NCBI GenBank assembly: GCA_938086805.1
Contig: CALKDH010000023.1
Coordinates: 1 to 61,933 of the forward strand
DNA length: 61,933 nucleotides
Direction of reading: 5' to 3'
DNA from: an uncultured PS1 clade bacterium
GTDB lineage: Bacteria > Pseudomonadota > Gammaproteobacteria > PS1 > Pseudothioglobaceae
In this document: piece by piece, positions 1 through 9,377 of the stretch
How positions within the stretch are numbered: the first letter of the stretch is position 1
How the letters are laid out: each line of letters starts with the position of its first letter
Notes under the pieces: generated by a model
Seen by the model: the letters and a program-made list of their open reading frames with translations, nothing else
Databases searched by the model: none
What the model was told of the DNA's origin: nothing
Made by a program: the position numbers and the translations under genes

Positions 1-1
1 C

Positions 2-1303
2 ACCAAACCACATGAATGGTTTCGGCATCAGTTTTTTAGGTACTTCCTCGTCAACAAAGTCTGGCACTAGGCTATTGATAGTTCCAGTAATTTTTTCAGC
101 CGTAATGATACCAATCGCAGTTCCTTTGGCAGTTCCAAGGCCATTTTGACAGCACGCAGAGTAGACGCCTTCATCAACCTCTCCCTGAGCAAAGACGTTG
201 TTAAGACTCAGACAAAGACGACCTCCCCATGAGTAATCCATAGATACTTTATCAAGCATTGGAAAGCGAGCTTTAAATGATTCATTATGACTATTTGCAG
301 CAGAATTCATAAATGAATCTGAGGCCTCCATGCTTGGATTATAAGACCATCTGTTTCGAACCAGAATCCTATTGCCACCCATTCCAGAAATGCGCCTTAC
401 TGAAGAGCCCATAGCGTCAGCTGAAGTTAATCCCCAATCTTGAGTGCCGCCCAGCATATTAGACTCTTCAGAAGTTAACTCTCTTGATAGGGATGAGTAG
501 GTAAAAATAGTCATTAGCCTATTCTGAAAGTATCCAAATTTTTCAACTAAGCCGTTGACTGCTAATATAACTTTTGGGCTTGATATTGATCCAAGATTAG
601 TTTTAGCCTTCCATACTTTTTGTCCATCATGCATTCCTTCCTCTTCAAGAGAACTGACTGGAGAGTTTTCATAGATGGTTGTATTGGGGTTATTAGAGAC
701 GCCATTTGCTAGTGACTGGATATAAAGGGCAGGTTGTAGCATTGCAGTTCCCGGTGTCCATAGACCATTTAGGTAATAATCTATTCCGGTCAGTTCTTTC
801 ATTTCTTGAGAGTCGAGCATCTTATAGCTTTCACTCGTCTTGTCTAGGTGCTTTGCATACTCGGTATTGAAATTCACTCCTTTTGGGGTGGCTGCTGCGT
901 TCGTTTTTCCAACCAGCTGAATTGCCTCAGGCGGCATCTCATATTCTTCTGAAGCATTCTTTGCAAATTCAATTGCAGAGCGATTAATCAGGGTTTGTTC
1001 ACGATCTTTATCGAGGCTTCCTACGTAATCATCTGAAGCTAAGTTGTGGGGTAAGTCAATCATAAAGCCCGAGTTTCTGCCAGCGGGGCCTTCTGAAATT
1101 TCACAGGCTTCGAGTAAGGCAATTGTCGCCTTATTATCGATTTGAATTAAACGCCTAGCCGCAGAAAGGCCCGCAAAGCCTCCGCCAATAATCAGGTAGT
1201 CTGCGTTGAGATCATGTGAAAGCTTTGGATTGACCTTCCTCTCAGGAAGGATTTCTTTCCAGCCTGTATCCCCAGGATTTTTGGGTAACTTGATCTGTTT
1301 CAT
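2..1303 (-). CDS. FAD-dependent oxidoreductase, PuuB/DadA-like (3' end runs off window)
   Basis: Not in the ORF track. Translated by hand from the ATG at 1303: MKQIKLPKNPGDTGWKEILPER...ADYLIIGGGFAGLSAARRL...EGPAGRNSGFMIDLPH. Contains the GxGxxG FAD motif and the GRNSG motif. Confidence 0.85.
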   Translation of the reverse strand, partial: MKQIKLPKNPGDTGWKEILPERKVNPKLSHDLNADYLIIGGGFAGLSAARRLIQIDNKATIALLEACEISEGPAGRNSGFMIDLPHNLASDDYVGSLDKDREQTLINRSAIEFAKNASEEYEMPPEAIQLVGKTNAAATPKGVNFNTEYAKHLDKTSESYKMLDSQEMKELTGIDYYLNGLWTPGTAMLQPALYIQSLANGVSNNPNTTIYENSPVSSLEEEGMHDGQKVWKAKTNLGSISSPKVILAVNGLVEKFGYFQNRLMTIFTYSSLSRELTSEESNMLGGTQDWGLTSADAMGSSVRRISGMGGNRILVRNRWSYNPSMEASDSFMNSAANSHNESFKARFPMLDKVSMDYSWGGRLCLSLNNVFAQGEVDEGVYSACCQNGLGTAKGTAIGIITAEKITGTINSLVPDFVDEEVPKKLMPKPFMWFG

Positions 1304-1308
1304 TTATT

Positions 1309-2811
1309 TTAATCTACTGACTCTTCTGGAGCACGATCTGAGAGATCAATCCATATTGTTTTGAGTTCAGTGTATTGATCGTGCGCATGAATGGAATTAT
1401 CTCTGCCACCAAAACCTGAGTGTTTGTAGCCTCCAAATGGCGTACTCATGTCACCCTCGCCGTAACAGTTGACTGTTACTGTGCCAGCTTTAATGGCTAG
1501 TGCAGCTCTGATTGCTTTTTTACCGTTCGAGGTGAAAACACTGGCAGCTAATCCATACTCAGTATTGTTTGCAACTGCAATAGCCTCGTCGAAAGATTTG
1601 ACAGTAATAACTGAGAGGACAGGCCCAAAAATTTCTTCTTGTGCAATTTTAGAATCTGGTTTTACCTGATCGATAATGGTAGGAAGGACATAGTTAGGTT
1701 TTTCAGTCGTGCCACCAACTAGAATGTTGTCCTGTTTGAGATAGCTGCATACTTTTTTAAAATGTTCCTCATCTACTAGAGAGCCAAGGTAATTGGACGG
1801 GTCGAGAGGATCACCTGTCTTCCAATCTCTAAGATGTGCAAGTACTTTTTCAAGTAAAGCCTCTTTAATGTTTTCTTGAACAATGAGTCTTGAGTTTGCT
1901 GAGCAGTTTTCTCCCATATTCCAAAATGAAGCATTCACAATATGCTCTGCAACTAGATCTAAATCTTCAGCATCATCTAGAACAATTGCTGGATTTTTTC
2001 CACCGCACTCAAGCACAATCTTCTTGAGATTGGAGTCAGCCGAGTAGCGAAGAAAGCGCCTACCGGTCTCTGTAGAGCCAGTAAAAGAGACCATATCAAT
2101 ATCAGAGTGAAGGCCAATGGGTTCTCCTACATCAGGCCCCATACCCGGTATAACATTTAGAACGCCTCTCGGTATTCCAGCATCAATAGCTAGCTCAGCA
2201 AGTCGCAGAGCGGTTAGGCTGGTTTGTTCTGCTGGCTTCACAATCACAGAGTTTCCTGTTGCCAGAGCGGGCGCTATTTTCCAAGCCATCATGAGAAGAG
2301 GAAAGTTCCATGGCAAAACGCAGCCAACAACTCCAATCGGTTCACGAACGATGACCGATAAGGCATCCTCCCCAGCAGGCGCAGTTTGATCATAGACCTT
2401 ATCAATTGCCTCAGCGTGCCATAGCAGGCAGTCAATCGTTTCAGGAAGGTCAATTGTCGCGCAATCGCGAACCGGTTTACCTGAGTCAACGCTCTCCATA
2501 ACGGCAAGCTCGTTTAGATTTCTTTTAATGAGCTTTGATAATTTTATGAGGGCTTTTTTTCTTTCACTTGGATGAAGTTTGGACCAGTGCCCTTGGTCGA
2601 ATGCCTCCCTTGCCTTGATAACAGCATGATCCACATCATCTGCATTGCATGCAGCAATGTTGGCGATTACCTTTCCAGTTGCAGGGTTTATAGTTTCAAA
2701 TGTTTTTCCTGACTTTGAAGATTGGAATTGTCCATTGATGAACGCGCTGGTTGGGAAGTTAAGTGAATTTGCAATTGCACTGTATTCCTCATGGGTTAAA
2801 AGATCTGACAT
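1309..2811 (-). CDS. Aldehyde dehydrogenase, PuuC (gamma-glutamyl-gamma-aminobutyraldehyde DH)-like
   Basis: Motifs PWNFPL, FTGSTETG, LECGGK, catalytic Cys in GENCSA, EEIFGPV, PFGGYKHSG. Confidence 0.9.
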   Translation of the reverse strand: MSDLLTHEEYSAIANSLNFPTSAFINGQFQSSKSGKTFETINPATGKVIANIAACNADDVDHAVIKAREAFDQGHWSKLHPSERKKALIKLSKLIKRNLNELAVMESVDSGKPVRDCATIDLPETIDCLLWHAEAIDKVYDQTAPAGEDALSVIVREPIGVVGCVLPWNFPLLMMAWKIAPALATGNSVIVKPAEQTSLTALRLAELAIDAGIPRGVLNVIPGMGPDVGEPIGLHSDIDMVSFTGSTETGRRFLRYSADSNLKKIVLECGGKNPAIVLDDAEDLDLVAEHIVNASFWNMGENCSANSRLIVQENIKEALLEKVLAHLRDWKTGDPLDPSNYLGSLVDEEHFKKVCSYLKQDNILVGGTTEKPNYVLPTIIDQVKPDSKIAQEEIFGPVLSVITVKSFDEAIAVANNTEYGLAASVFTSNGKKAIRAALAIKAGTVTVNCYGEGDMSTPFGGYKHSGFGGRDNSIHAHDQYTELKTIWIDLSDRAPEESVD

Positions 2812-3720
2812 TTAACTACCCTCCTGTTTGATTTGATTGACAGTTTGATTCATGACTCTTATGACTTGTTCTAGCTGACGCTTATCGTCTTTATTCAGTT
2901 TTTGTAGTGGCTTTCGTGGAGGTCCTACGGGAAGTCCTCTCATGATTGATCCGTGTTTGATACATTGAATAAATTTTCCACCTTGCTCAAGAACCCGCAT
3001 CAAAGGCATCATTGCTGACATGATTCGTCTCCCTTTATCGAAGTTACCTTCGACTCTGCAGGCCTCATAGAGCGCAACATGAGCCTCTGGTGCGAAGTTA
3101 GAGCCTGCACACACCCATCCACTCGCGCCCCATGCAAAGAACTCTAGCGCTTGATCATCCATTCCACAGCAAAGCTGAATGTGAGGGTAATCTCTCGCCA
3201 AAAGATGAAGGCGGTTTATATCTCCACTGCTCTCCTTTATTGCGCAAAAATTAGAAGACCTGCCCACCCTATCAAGATACTCCTCGCCCATCATTGAGCC
3301 CATTCTTCCGGGATAGTTATAAAGCATAATTGGAAGATTGGCGGCCCTATCAATTGCGAGTGCATGAAGTGCATTTTCTCTTTCCGTTGGGAGCGCGTAT
3401 GGGGGGGTCGCTATTAAAATTCCGTCTGCACCTATTTTGGCAGCCTCTTCAGCAAAGAATACCGAGTCCTCAGTTCGAATGGCACCTGTACCTACAATAC
3501 ACGGCACTCTATTATTAATTATATCTTTTGAAATCTTCATGACCTGAAGGCGTTCTTTAGTATCCTGGGCATAGTACTCACCCGTTGTTCCGGCAACGAC
3601 TATGCCATGAACGCCACTGTTAATGAGATCCTCAATAATAGGCTCAATAGCATCAAAATTGATTGCATGATTATCATCATACGGAGTCAATACTGGGGTA
3701 TAGATTCCTTCAAACTTCAT
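2812..3720 (-). CDS. Dihydrodipicolinate synthase (DapA/NAL) family protein, probably catabolic
   Basis: GTTGE, YNYPGR and Schiff-base Lys in IKESSGD; lies inside a catabolic operon. Confidence 0.85.
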   Translation of the reverse strand: MKFEGIYTPVLTPYDDNHAINFDAIEPIIEDLINSGVHGIVVAGTTGEYYAQDTKERLQVMKISKDIINNRVPCIVGTGAIRTEDSVFFAEEAAKIGADGILIATPPYALPTERENALHALAIDRAANLPIMLYNYPGRMGSMMGEEYLDRVGRSSNFCAIKESSGDINRLHLLARDYPHIQLCCGMDDQALEFFAWGASGWVCAGSNFAPEAHVALYEACRVEGNFDKGRRIMSAMMPLMRVLEQGGKFIQCIKHGSIMRGLPVGPPRKPLQKLNKDDKRQLEQVIRVMNQTVNQIKQEGS

Positions 3721-3728
3721 AAATCCTC

Positions 3729-4475
3729 CTAGGGAGTTGGCAAACTTATTTTTGCCATCCTGCCTCCATCAATAGTATATACCTGCCCCGTCACAAAACT
3801 TGATTCTGTTGATGCAAGCCAAGCAACTAAAGAAGCAACTTCTTCTGTTTTACCTGTTCTATTTACTGGGTGGATACTTCCAATACTATTTCTAAATTGC
3901 TCTGAATCTGGCATCGAATTAATAAAGTCTTCGTTCAACTCGGTATCTATCCATCCCGGTGCTACTGCGTTGCATCTCACATCATCCTTCCCATGGTCAA
4001 TCGCTATGGCGCGCGTAAGTCCATGAAGCCCAGCCTTGCTTGCACAGTAGGATGCGTGATTTGGATTAGCGCCAATACCTTCAATTGAACCAATATTCAC
4101 AATAGAGCCTTTTGACTTGATCAGAAAAGGCATGCAAAGCTTCGTAAGCAAAAAAGGAGCCGTAAGATTAACCGCCAAAGTTTTATTCCATTCTTCAAGA
4201 GAAGTATCAAGAATTGATGACTCTTTCATGATTCCAGCATTGTTAATTAAAACATCAATACGACCATGCTTTTTAATAATGGCATCAATGCTCATAGAGC
4301 AGTCTTGCTCTTTAGTTAAATCAAACTCAAAAGAATCAAAGAGGCTAGAGTGACCTCTTTGAATAGCGCACACGATTGCACCTTCTTTTTTGAGTCGCTC
4401 TGCGCAGGCTAAACCAATGCCTTTTGAGGCTCCTGTTACAACAACAACTTTATTAGTAAACCGCTTTTCCACCAT
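3729..4475 (-). CDS. Short-chain dehydrogenase/reductase
   Basis: TGASKGIG, NNAG, YCASK, PGWIDT. Confidence 0.9.
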   Translation of the reverse strand: MVEKRFTNKVVVVTGASKGIGLACAERLKKEGAIVCAIQRGHSSLFDSFEFDLTKEQDCSMSIDAIIKKHGRIDVLINNAGIMKESSILDTSLEEWNKTLAVNLTAPFLLTKLCMPFLIKSKGSIVNIGSIEGIGANPNHASYCASKAGLHGLTRAIAIDHGKDDVRCNAVAPGWIDTELNEDFINSMPDSEQFRNSIGSIHPVNRTGKTEEVASLVAWLASTESSFVTGQVYTIDGGRMAKISLPTP

Positions 4476-5220
4476 TGATCTCCACTAAGGATCCACAAAT
4501 ATATCGAGCTTCATCTGAACTGAGGAAAGCCACAACATCGGCAATTTCCTCTGGTTCAGCAATATGTCCAATCGGAACCGATTGATTTAATTCTTCAATA
4601 GCATCATCAGGATTCAATCCTCTGATCTCAAAGCCCGTTCTAAGCATTGGTGTATTGACTTCATTAGGGCATACTGCATTAATTCGAATGTTTTGATGGG
4701 CATGATCTCTGCCCAAACATTTTGTCATCGCTGCCAAGGCCGCTTTTGTTGTGCAGTAAATTAGATGATTTGGTCCCGGGTTAATTCCCCAGCATGATGA
4801 AATATTGACGATAGAGCCTCCACCAGATTCAACCATAAGAGGAATCGATGCTCGAATTAATCTAAACGGAGCCTCAACATTGATCTTCATAGAAAGCTCG
4901 TAATCCTCATCACTAGTTTGTGTGATGTCGCCGCGACTCATAAATCCAGCATTATTAATGAGTATTCCAACAGTCCCTAGTTTTGTTTGAACTTCACTTG
5001 TGAGGTTGTCGCAATAGCTTTGATCTAAGAGATCACCATAAAATACCATCGCCATGCCGCCATTATGATTGATTTCATTGGCTAGTTTATTAGCTTCATC
5101 TTCATCTTTGTCAGCGATTGCGAGTGTAAAGCCTTGCTCGGCGTATTTATTAACTATCGATTTTCCAATTCCACCAGTAGCGCCAGTCACAAGAACAACA
5201 TTTGATTTATCTTTGCTCAT
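4453..5220 (-). CDS. Short-chain dehydrogenase/reductase
   Basis: TGATGGIG, NNAG, YCTTK. Confidence 0.9.
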   Translation of the reverse strand: MSKDKSNVVLVTGATGGIGKSIVNKYAEQGFTLAIADKDEDEANKLANEINHNGGMAMVFYGDLLDQSYCDNLTSEVQTKLGTVGILINNAGFMSRGDITQTSDEDYELSMKINVEAPFRLIRASIPLMVESGGGSIVNISSCWGINPGPNHLIYCTTKAALAAMTKCLGRDHAHQNIRINAVCPNEVNTPMLRTGFEIRGLNPDDAIEELNQSVPIGHIAEPEEIADVVAFLSSDEARYICGSLVEINGGKAVY

Positions 5221-5223
5221 AGT

Positions 5224-6765
5224 TTAATGCTCCTGATTGAGCGCCTCCATTTTAGGAATTGTTGTTTCCCTTCTAGCGATGTAATCCAATAGTTCTTCAT
5301 CTTTTGCTTGATCAAGTTTTGGTTCTTGATAATCATCAAGTAGTTTTTTTGCCCCTTCAAGCCCTCTTTGAATTGTATCTTGGCTTCCATCAGCTTGCCA
5401 TTGTTCAATAGAGTTATTGTCAAAAAGCTTAGGCATAAAAAAGGCCCTTTGAAAGTTTTCCATTGTATGGGGATGGCCTAAGTAATGACCCCCAGGCCCT
5501 ACATCTCTAATCGCTGCTAAGCCTTCCTCAAAGTCATCCCATCGGACACCTTCAGCCATCCTATATCCCATTTCACACTGCTCAGCATCAACCACAAACT
5601 TTGCCATTGAGCAGTGCATTCCTGCCTCATTCCATCCTGCAGAATGCCAGATATAGTTTGCCCCAGATAAAAGGACAGCCATCATTGTTGATGCACTTTC
5701 ATAACCTGATTGCGCATCAAATACTTTTGAGCCACCCAGAGTATTTGAGCTTCTCCAAGGAACTTTATAGTATCTTGCCATTTGTCCAATCATAAAATTC
5801 ATTAGAGAGATTTCGGGAGTTCCAGCCATCGGAGCACCAGACTGCATTGATACAGTAGCCAAATAATGACCATAGATCGCAGGAGCACCTTTGCGAATAA
5901 CTTGGGTATAGGCAAGTGCGGACAACGCTTCTGCATTGACTTGAGCTACAGTTGGAGCAACGCTTGCGGGAGTGTTAGCACCCCCGAGAACAAAAGGAGA
6001 GCAGAGCACTGGCTGATTGTGGGCAGAGAAAACTCTCAGTGCAGAGAGCATAGTTTGATCCCATACCAGAGGAGAGTTTCCATTGATATTTCCAGTAACA
6101 ACTGCATGACTATCTATGAACTTTTCTCCAAAGAGAATCTTACACATCTCAATTACATCTTCAGCATTCTTTCCACTACTAGTCATTCCCATAAAGGTTT
6201 TATCGGAGTGTTTCATAGACGAATAAGTAATCCTGAGATGTCTGTGAGAGATTGCATGATCCATGGGTTCTACTATGTGATGGGCACTTGAATGAATAGC
6301 GGGAAGCATGTGAGAAAGCTTATGAAAGTTTGCTAGGTCCTTAAGAGTAGGAAGGCGTCTATTATTTTCTAAGTCAGTGAGGAAGGGTGCCCCTGTCATA
6401 GGGACAAATATAGAATTGTCACCCCCTATCTCTAAAGATTTTTTCGGGTCACGAGCATGCATCGTGATGCTTTCAGGAATTGATTTTATGAGCTCACGAA
6501 TTAAGCCTCGATCAAAGCGCACTCTTTCACCTTGGACATCAGCACCAGCCTTTTTCCATTGTTCAAGAGCTATTGGGTCATGAAATTCTACTCCAACTTC
6601 CTCCAAAATAGATAATGAAGCGTCGTCCATTTTCTCAATTTGCTCTTCACTCATAGGCTCAGTAAGAGGGATATTTCTCTTCAGAGTAGGGAGCATTTCA
6701 ATCTTTACTTTCAGACGGTCAGATCTTCTGGCTGCTCGACCGAGTCTCTCTGTAGGGGTTGACAT
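5224..6765 (-). CDS. Trimethylamine methyltransferase (MttB) superfamily protein, non-pyrrolysine
   Basis: N-terminal GRAARR, SILEEVGV, INGNSPLVWD, DAQSGYES, VGPGGHYLGHPHT; no in-frame amber codon. ATG at 6765 preferred over TTG at 6783. Confidence 0.85.
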   Translation of the reverse strand: MSTPTERLGRAARRSDRLKVKIEMLPTLKRNIPLTEPMSEEQIEKMDDASLSILEEVGVEFHDPIALEQWKKAGADVQGERVRFDRGLIRELIKSIPESITMHARDPKKSLEIGGDNSIFVPMTGAPFLTDLENNRRLPTLKDLANFHKLSHMLPAIHSSAHHIVEPMDHAISHRHLRITYSSMKHSDKTFMGMTSSGKNAEDVIEMCKILFGEKFIDSHAVVTGNINGNSPLVWDQTMLSALRVFSAHNQPVLCSPFVLGGANTPASVAPTVAQVNAEALSALAYTQVIRKGAPAIYGHYLATVSMQSGAPMAGTPEISLMNFMIGQMARYYKVPWRSSNTLGGSKVFDAQSGYESASTMMAVLLSGANYIWHSAGWNEAGMHCSMAKFVVDAEQCEMGYRMAEGVRWDDFEEGLAAIRDVGPGGHYLGHPHTMENFQRAFFMPKLFDNNSIEQWQADGSQDTIQRGLEGAKKLLDDYQEPKLDQAKDEELLDYIARRETTIPKMEALNQEH

Positions 6766-6935
6766 GTCATTATTTGCTATCAATATAATAAAAGCATCGT
6801 AGATTAATTATTTAGTAAATGCAACAGTTTTTTTTCATACAAAGGTGAAAAAAACTATATCTTCTTAAATGCTTATATTCTTGATATATCAATAATTAAG
6901 AGTAAAATTTACCATTTTGAAAATGAATTTAAATA

Positions 6936-8384
6936 ATGTCTAATCTTTCTAATAACTATATAGCAGGCGACTGGGTTAAAGGCGCAAGCTCAATATCTAA
7001 TATTAATCCATCTAATACAAATGATGTCATTGGAGATTTTGCTCAAGCTAGCAGTGCTCAATTAGAGGATGCACTCAATTCAGCACAGGTTGCTCAAAGA
7101 CAATGGGCTGCAACAGGCCTAGAGCAGCGTCAAGCCGTATTAATGAAGATTGGCGAAGAGATGATGGCACGAAGTGCTGAGCTCGGTGAGCTCCTTTCTA
7201 GAGAGGAGGGTAAGCCTGTCGCAGAGGGCAAAGGAGAGGTTTACAGGGCAGGTCAATTTTTTACTTACTACGCAGCTGAAGTTTTAAGACAGGGCGGTGA
7301 TACAGCAGATTCAGTCAGACCAAACATTGAAATTGATGTTCGTCGCGAGCCTATGGGAACTGTTGCAATTATCTCACCATGGAACTTTCCAACTGCTACA
7401 GCGAGCTGGAAAATTGCGCCAGCACTAGCCTTTGGCAACGCTGTTATATGGAAGCCTGCGAACCTAACACCTGCAAGTGCGGTAGCATTAACTGAAATTA
7501 TCTCAAAGCAAGACATTCCAAAAGGTTTATTCAGCTTGGTAATGGGCTCCGGATCATCAATCGGTCAATCATTAGCTGAGAGCCCTAAGGTGCACGCAAT
7601 AAGCTTTACTGGTTCTTACGACGTAGGCCTTCAGATTGCTAGTGCGGCGTCAAAAAATTTAACAAAGTTTCAGTTAGAGTTGGGCTCTAAGAACCCTCTC
7701 GTTATAATGGATGATGCAGATATGGATGTCGCAGTTGCAGCAGCTACAGCGGGTGCTTTTGGATCTACTGGTCAAAAGTGTACCGCATCTTCTAGATTGG
7801 TTGTTCATGCCTCCATTCATGATGAGTTTGTGGATCGTATGAAAGAATCAACTTCAGCTCTCAAGGTTGGTGATGCTCTTCAAGAGGGAACTCAAATTGG
7901 TCCAGCTGTAAGTCAGCAACAACTTGACTCTAACCTTAAATATATGGCTCTAGCTAAAGAAGAGGGATGTGAAGTCGTCTGCGGAGGTGAAAAACTCGAG
8001 CTAGATAATCCTGGTTTTTATATGCAGCCAGCTTTATTAATTGGTGGAAATAACTCAATGAGGGTTAATCGTGAAGAGCTTTTTGCGCCTATGGCATGTG
8101 TGATTAAGGTTGCGGACTATGATGAGGCATTATCAGTTGCAAATGATACTGACTTTGGACTAGTTTCAGGCATTATAACTCAGTCATTGTCTACAGCAAG
8201 TCACTTTAGAAGGAATGCAGAGAGCGGATGCGTTATGGTTAATCTTCCCACTGCTGGCACAGACTATCATGTCCCATTTGGTGGTAGAAAAAATTCAAGT
8301 TTTGGCCCTAGAGAGCAAGGTTCATATGCGAAAGAGCTTTATACACAGGTTAAAACCTCTTATATTTTTAGCGGTAATCCATAA
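6936..8384 (+). CDS. Aldehyde dehydrogenase, alpha-ketoglutarate semialdehyde DH (YcbD)-like
   Basis: PWNFP, FTGS, LELGSKNP, GQKCTA, EELFAP, DYHVPFGGRKNSSFGPREQG. Confidence 0.88.
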   Translation: MSNLSNNYIAGDWVKGASSISNINPSNTNDVIGDFAQASSAQLEDALNSAQVAQRQWAATGLEQRQAVLMKIGEEMMARSAELGELLSREEGKPVAEGKGEVYRAGQFFTYYAAEVLRQGGDTADSVRPNIEIDVRREPMGTVAIISPWNFPTATASWKIAPALAFGNAVIWKPANLTPASAVALTEIISKQDIPKGLFSLVMGSGSSIGQSLAESPKVHAISFTGSYDVGLQIASAASKNLTKFQLELGSKNPLVIMDDADMDVAVAAATAGAFGSTGQKCTASSRLVVHASIHDEFVDRMKESTSALKVGDALQEGTQIGPAVSQQQLDSNLKYMALAKEEGCEVVCGGEKLELDNPGFYMQPALLIGGNNSMRVNREELFAPMACVIKVADYDEALSVANDTDFGLVSGIITQSLSTASHFRRNAESGCVMVNLPTAGTDYHVPFGGRKNSSFGPREQGSYAKELYTQVKTSYIFSGNP

Positions 8385-9370
8385 TGTCTCATCCTTCATT
8401 ATTTATTGATGCGCTTCAATACAATAATTGGAGTGAGGAAATATTGAAGCAAATTAACCAAGGCGGTCTGAGCGCTGTTCACGTTACAATTTGTTACCAC
8501 GAAGACTTTCAAGAGATGGTGCAAAATGTGGTTGACTGGAACCGTCGTTTTGAAGATTTCTCGAGTTTGATTTTCCTGGGTCGAACTGCGGCCGATGTGG
8601 TCAAGGCTCAGAAAGAAGGAAGAACAGCTATATTTTTTGGTTTTCAGAACTGCTCACCGATTGAGGATAATATTGGTCTTGTCGAAGTGTGTCACCAGCT
8701 TGGTGCCAGATTCATGCAGCTTACCTATAACAATCAAAGCCTACTAGGAACCGGTTGCTACGAAGAGAATGATCCTGGAATTACTAGAATGGGTAAACAG
8801 GTCATCAAAGAAATGAATCGTGTTGGTTTAGTGGTGGATATGAGTCACTCTGCCGAGAGGTCAACTCTCGAGGCAATAGAAATTTCAGAACGCCCGATTG
8901 CAATCACTCATGCCAATCCAACTTTTTGGCATCCTGCGTTGAGAAATAAGTCAAATGAAGTTCTTAAGGCGCTTGGAGAGAGTGGAGGTATGCTTGGATT
9001 TTCTGTCTACCCACATCATCTTAAGGATGGATCTGATTGCACATTAGAAAGTTTTTGTAATATGATTGCTGACACAGCTGAGATTATGGGCATTAAAAAT
9101 ATTGGGATTGGAACAGACCTTTGTCAAAATCAGCCTGACAGCGTAGTTGAGTGGATGAGAAATGGCACTTGGACCAATGATCGTGATTATGGTGAAGGGT
9201 CAGCAAGTTTTGCTGGCTTTCCAGACCAGCCTGAGTGGTTCAGAGATAATCGTGATTTTGTAAATATTGCAACAGGACTTCGTTCTGTTGGTTTTTCAAA
9301 TGATGATGTTGATTTAGTGATGGGCAAAAACTGGTTAAATTTTTTCGAATCCTCGTTTGAATCTTTATAA
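8384..9370 (+). CDS. Membrane/renal dipeptidase family (peptidase M19) amidohydrolase
   Basis: QLTYN, VDMSH, ITHAN, RNK, GIGTD; TAATG overlap with the ALDH stop. Confidence 0.85.
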   Translation: MSHPSLFIDALQYNNWSEEILKQINQGGLSAVHVTICYHEDFQEMVQNVVDWNRRFEDFSSLIFLGRTAADVVKAQKEGRTAIFFGFQNCSPIEDNIGLVEVCHQLGARFMQLTYNNQSLLGTGCYEENDPGITRMGKQVIKEMNRVGLVVDMSHSAERSTLEAIEISERPIAITHANPTFWHPALRNKSNEVLKALGESGGMLGFSVYPHHLKDGSDCTLESFCNMIADTAEIMGIKNIGIGTDLCQNQPDSVVEWMRNGTWTNDRDYGEGSASFAGFPDQPEWFRDNRDFVNIATGLRSVGFSNDDVDLVMGKNWLNFFESSFESL

Positions 9371-9377
9371 TAAATTT

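Noticed and set aside
5224-6765. Pyrrolysine recoding in MttB
   Set aside because: The ORF is uninterrupted, with no in-frame TAG, and no pyl genes are present.
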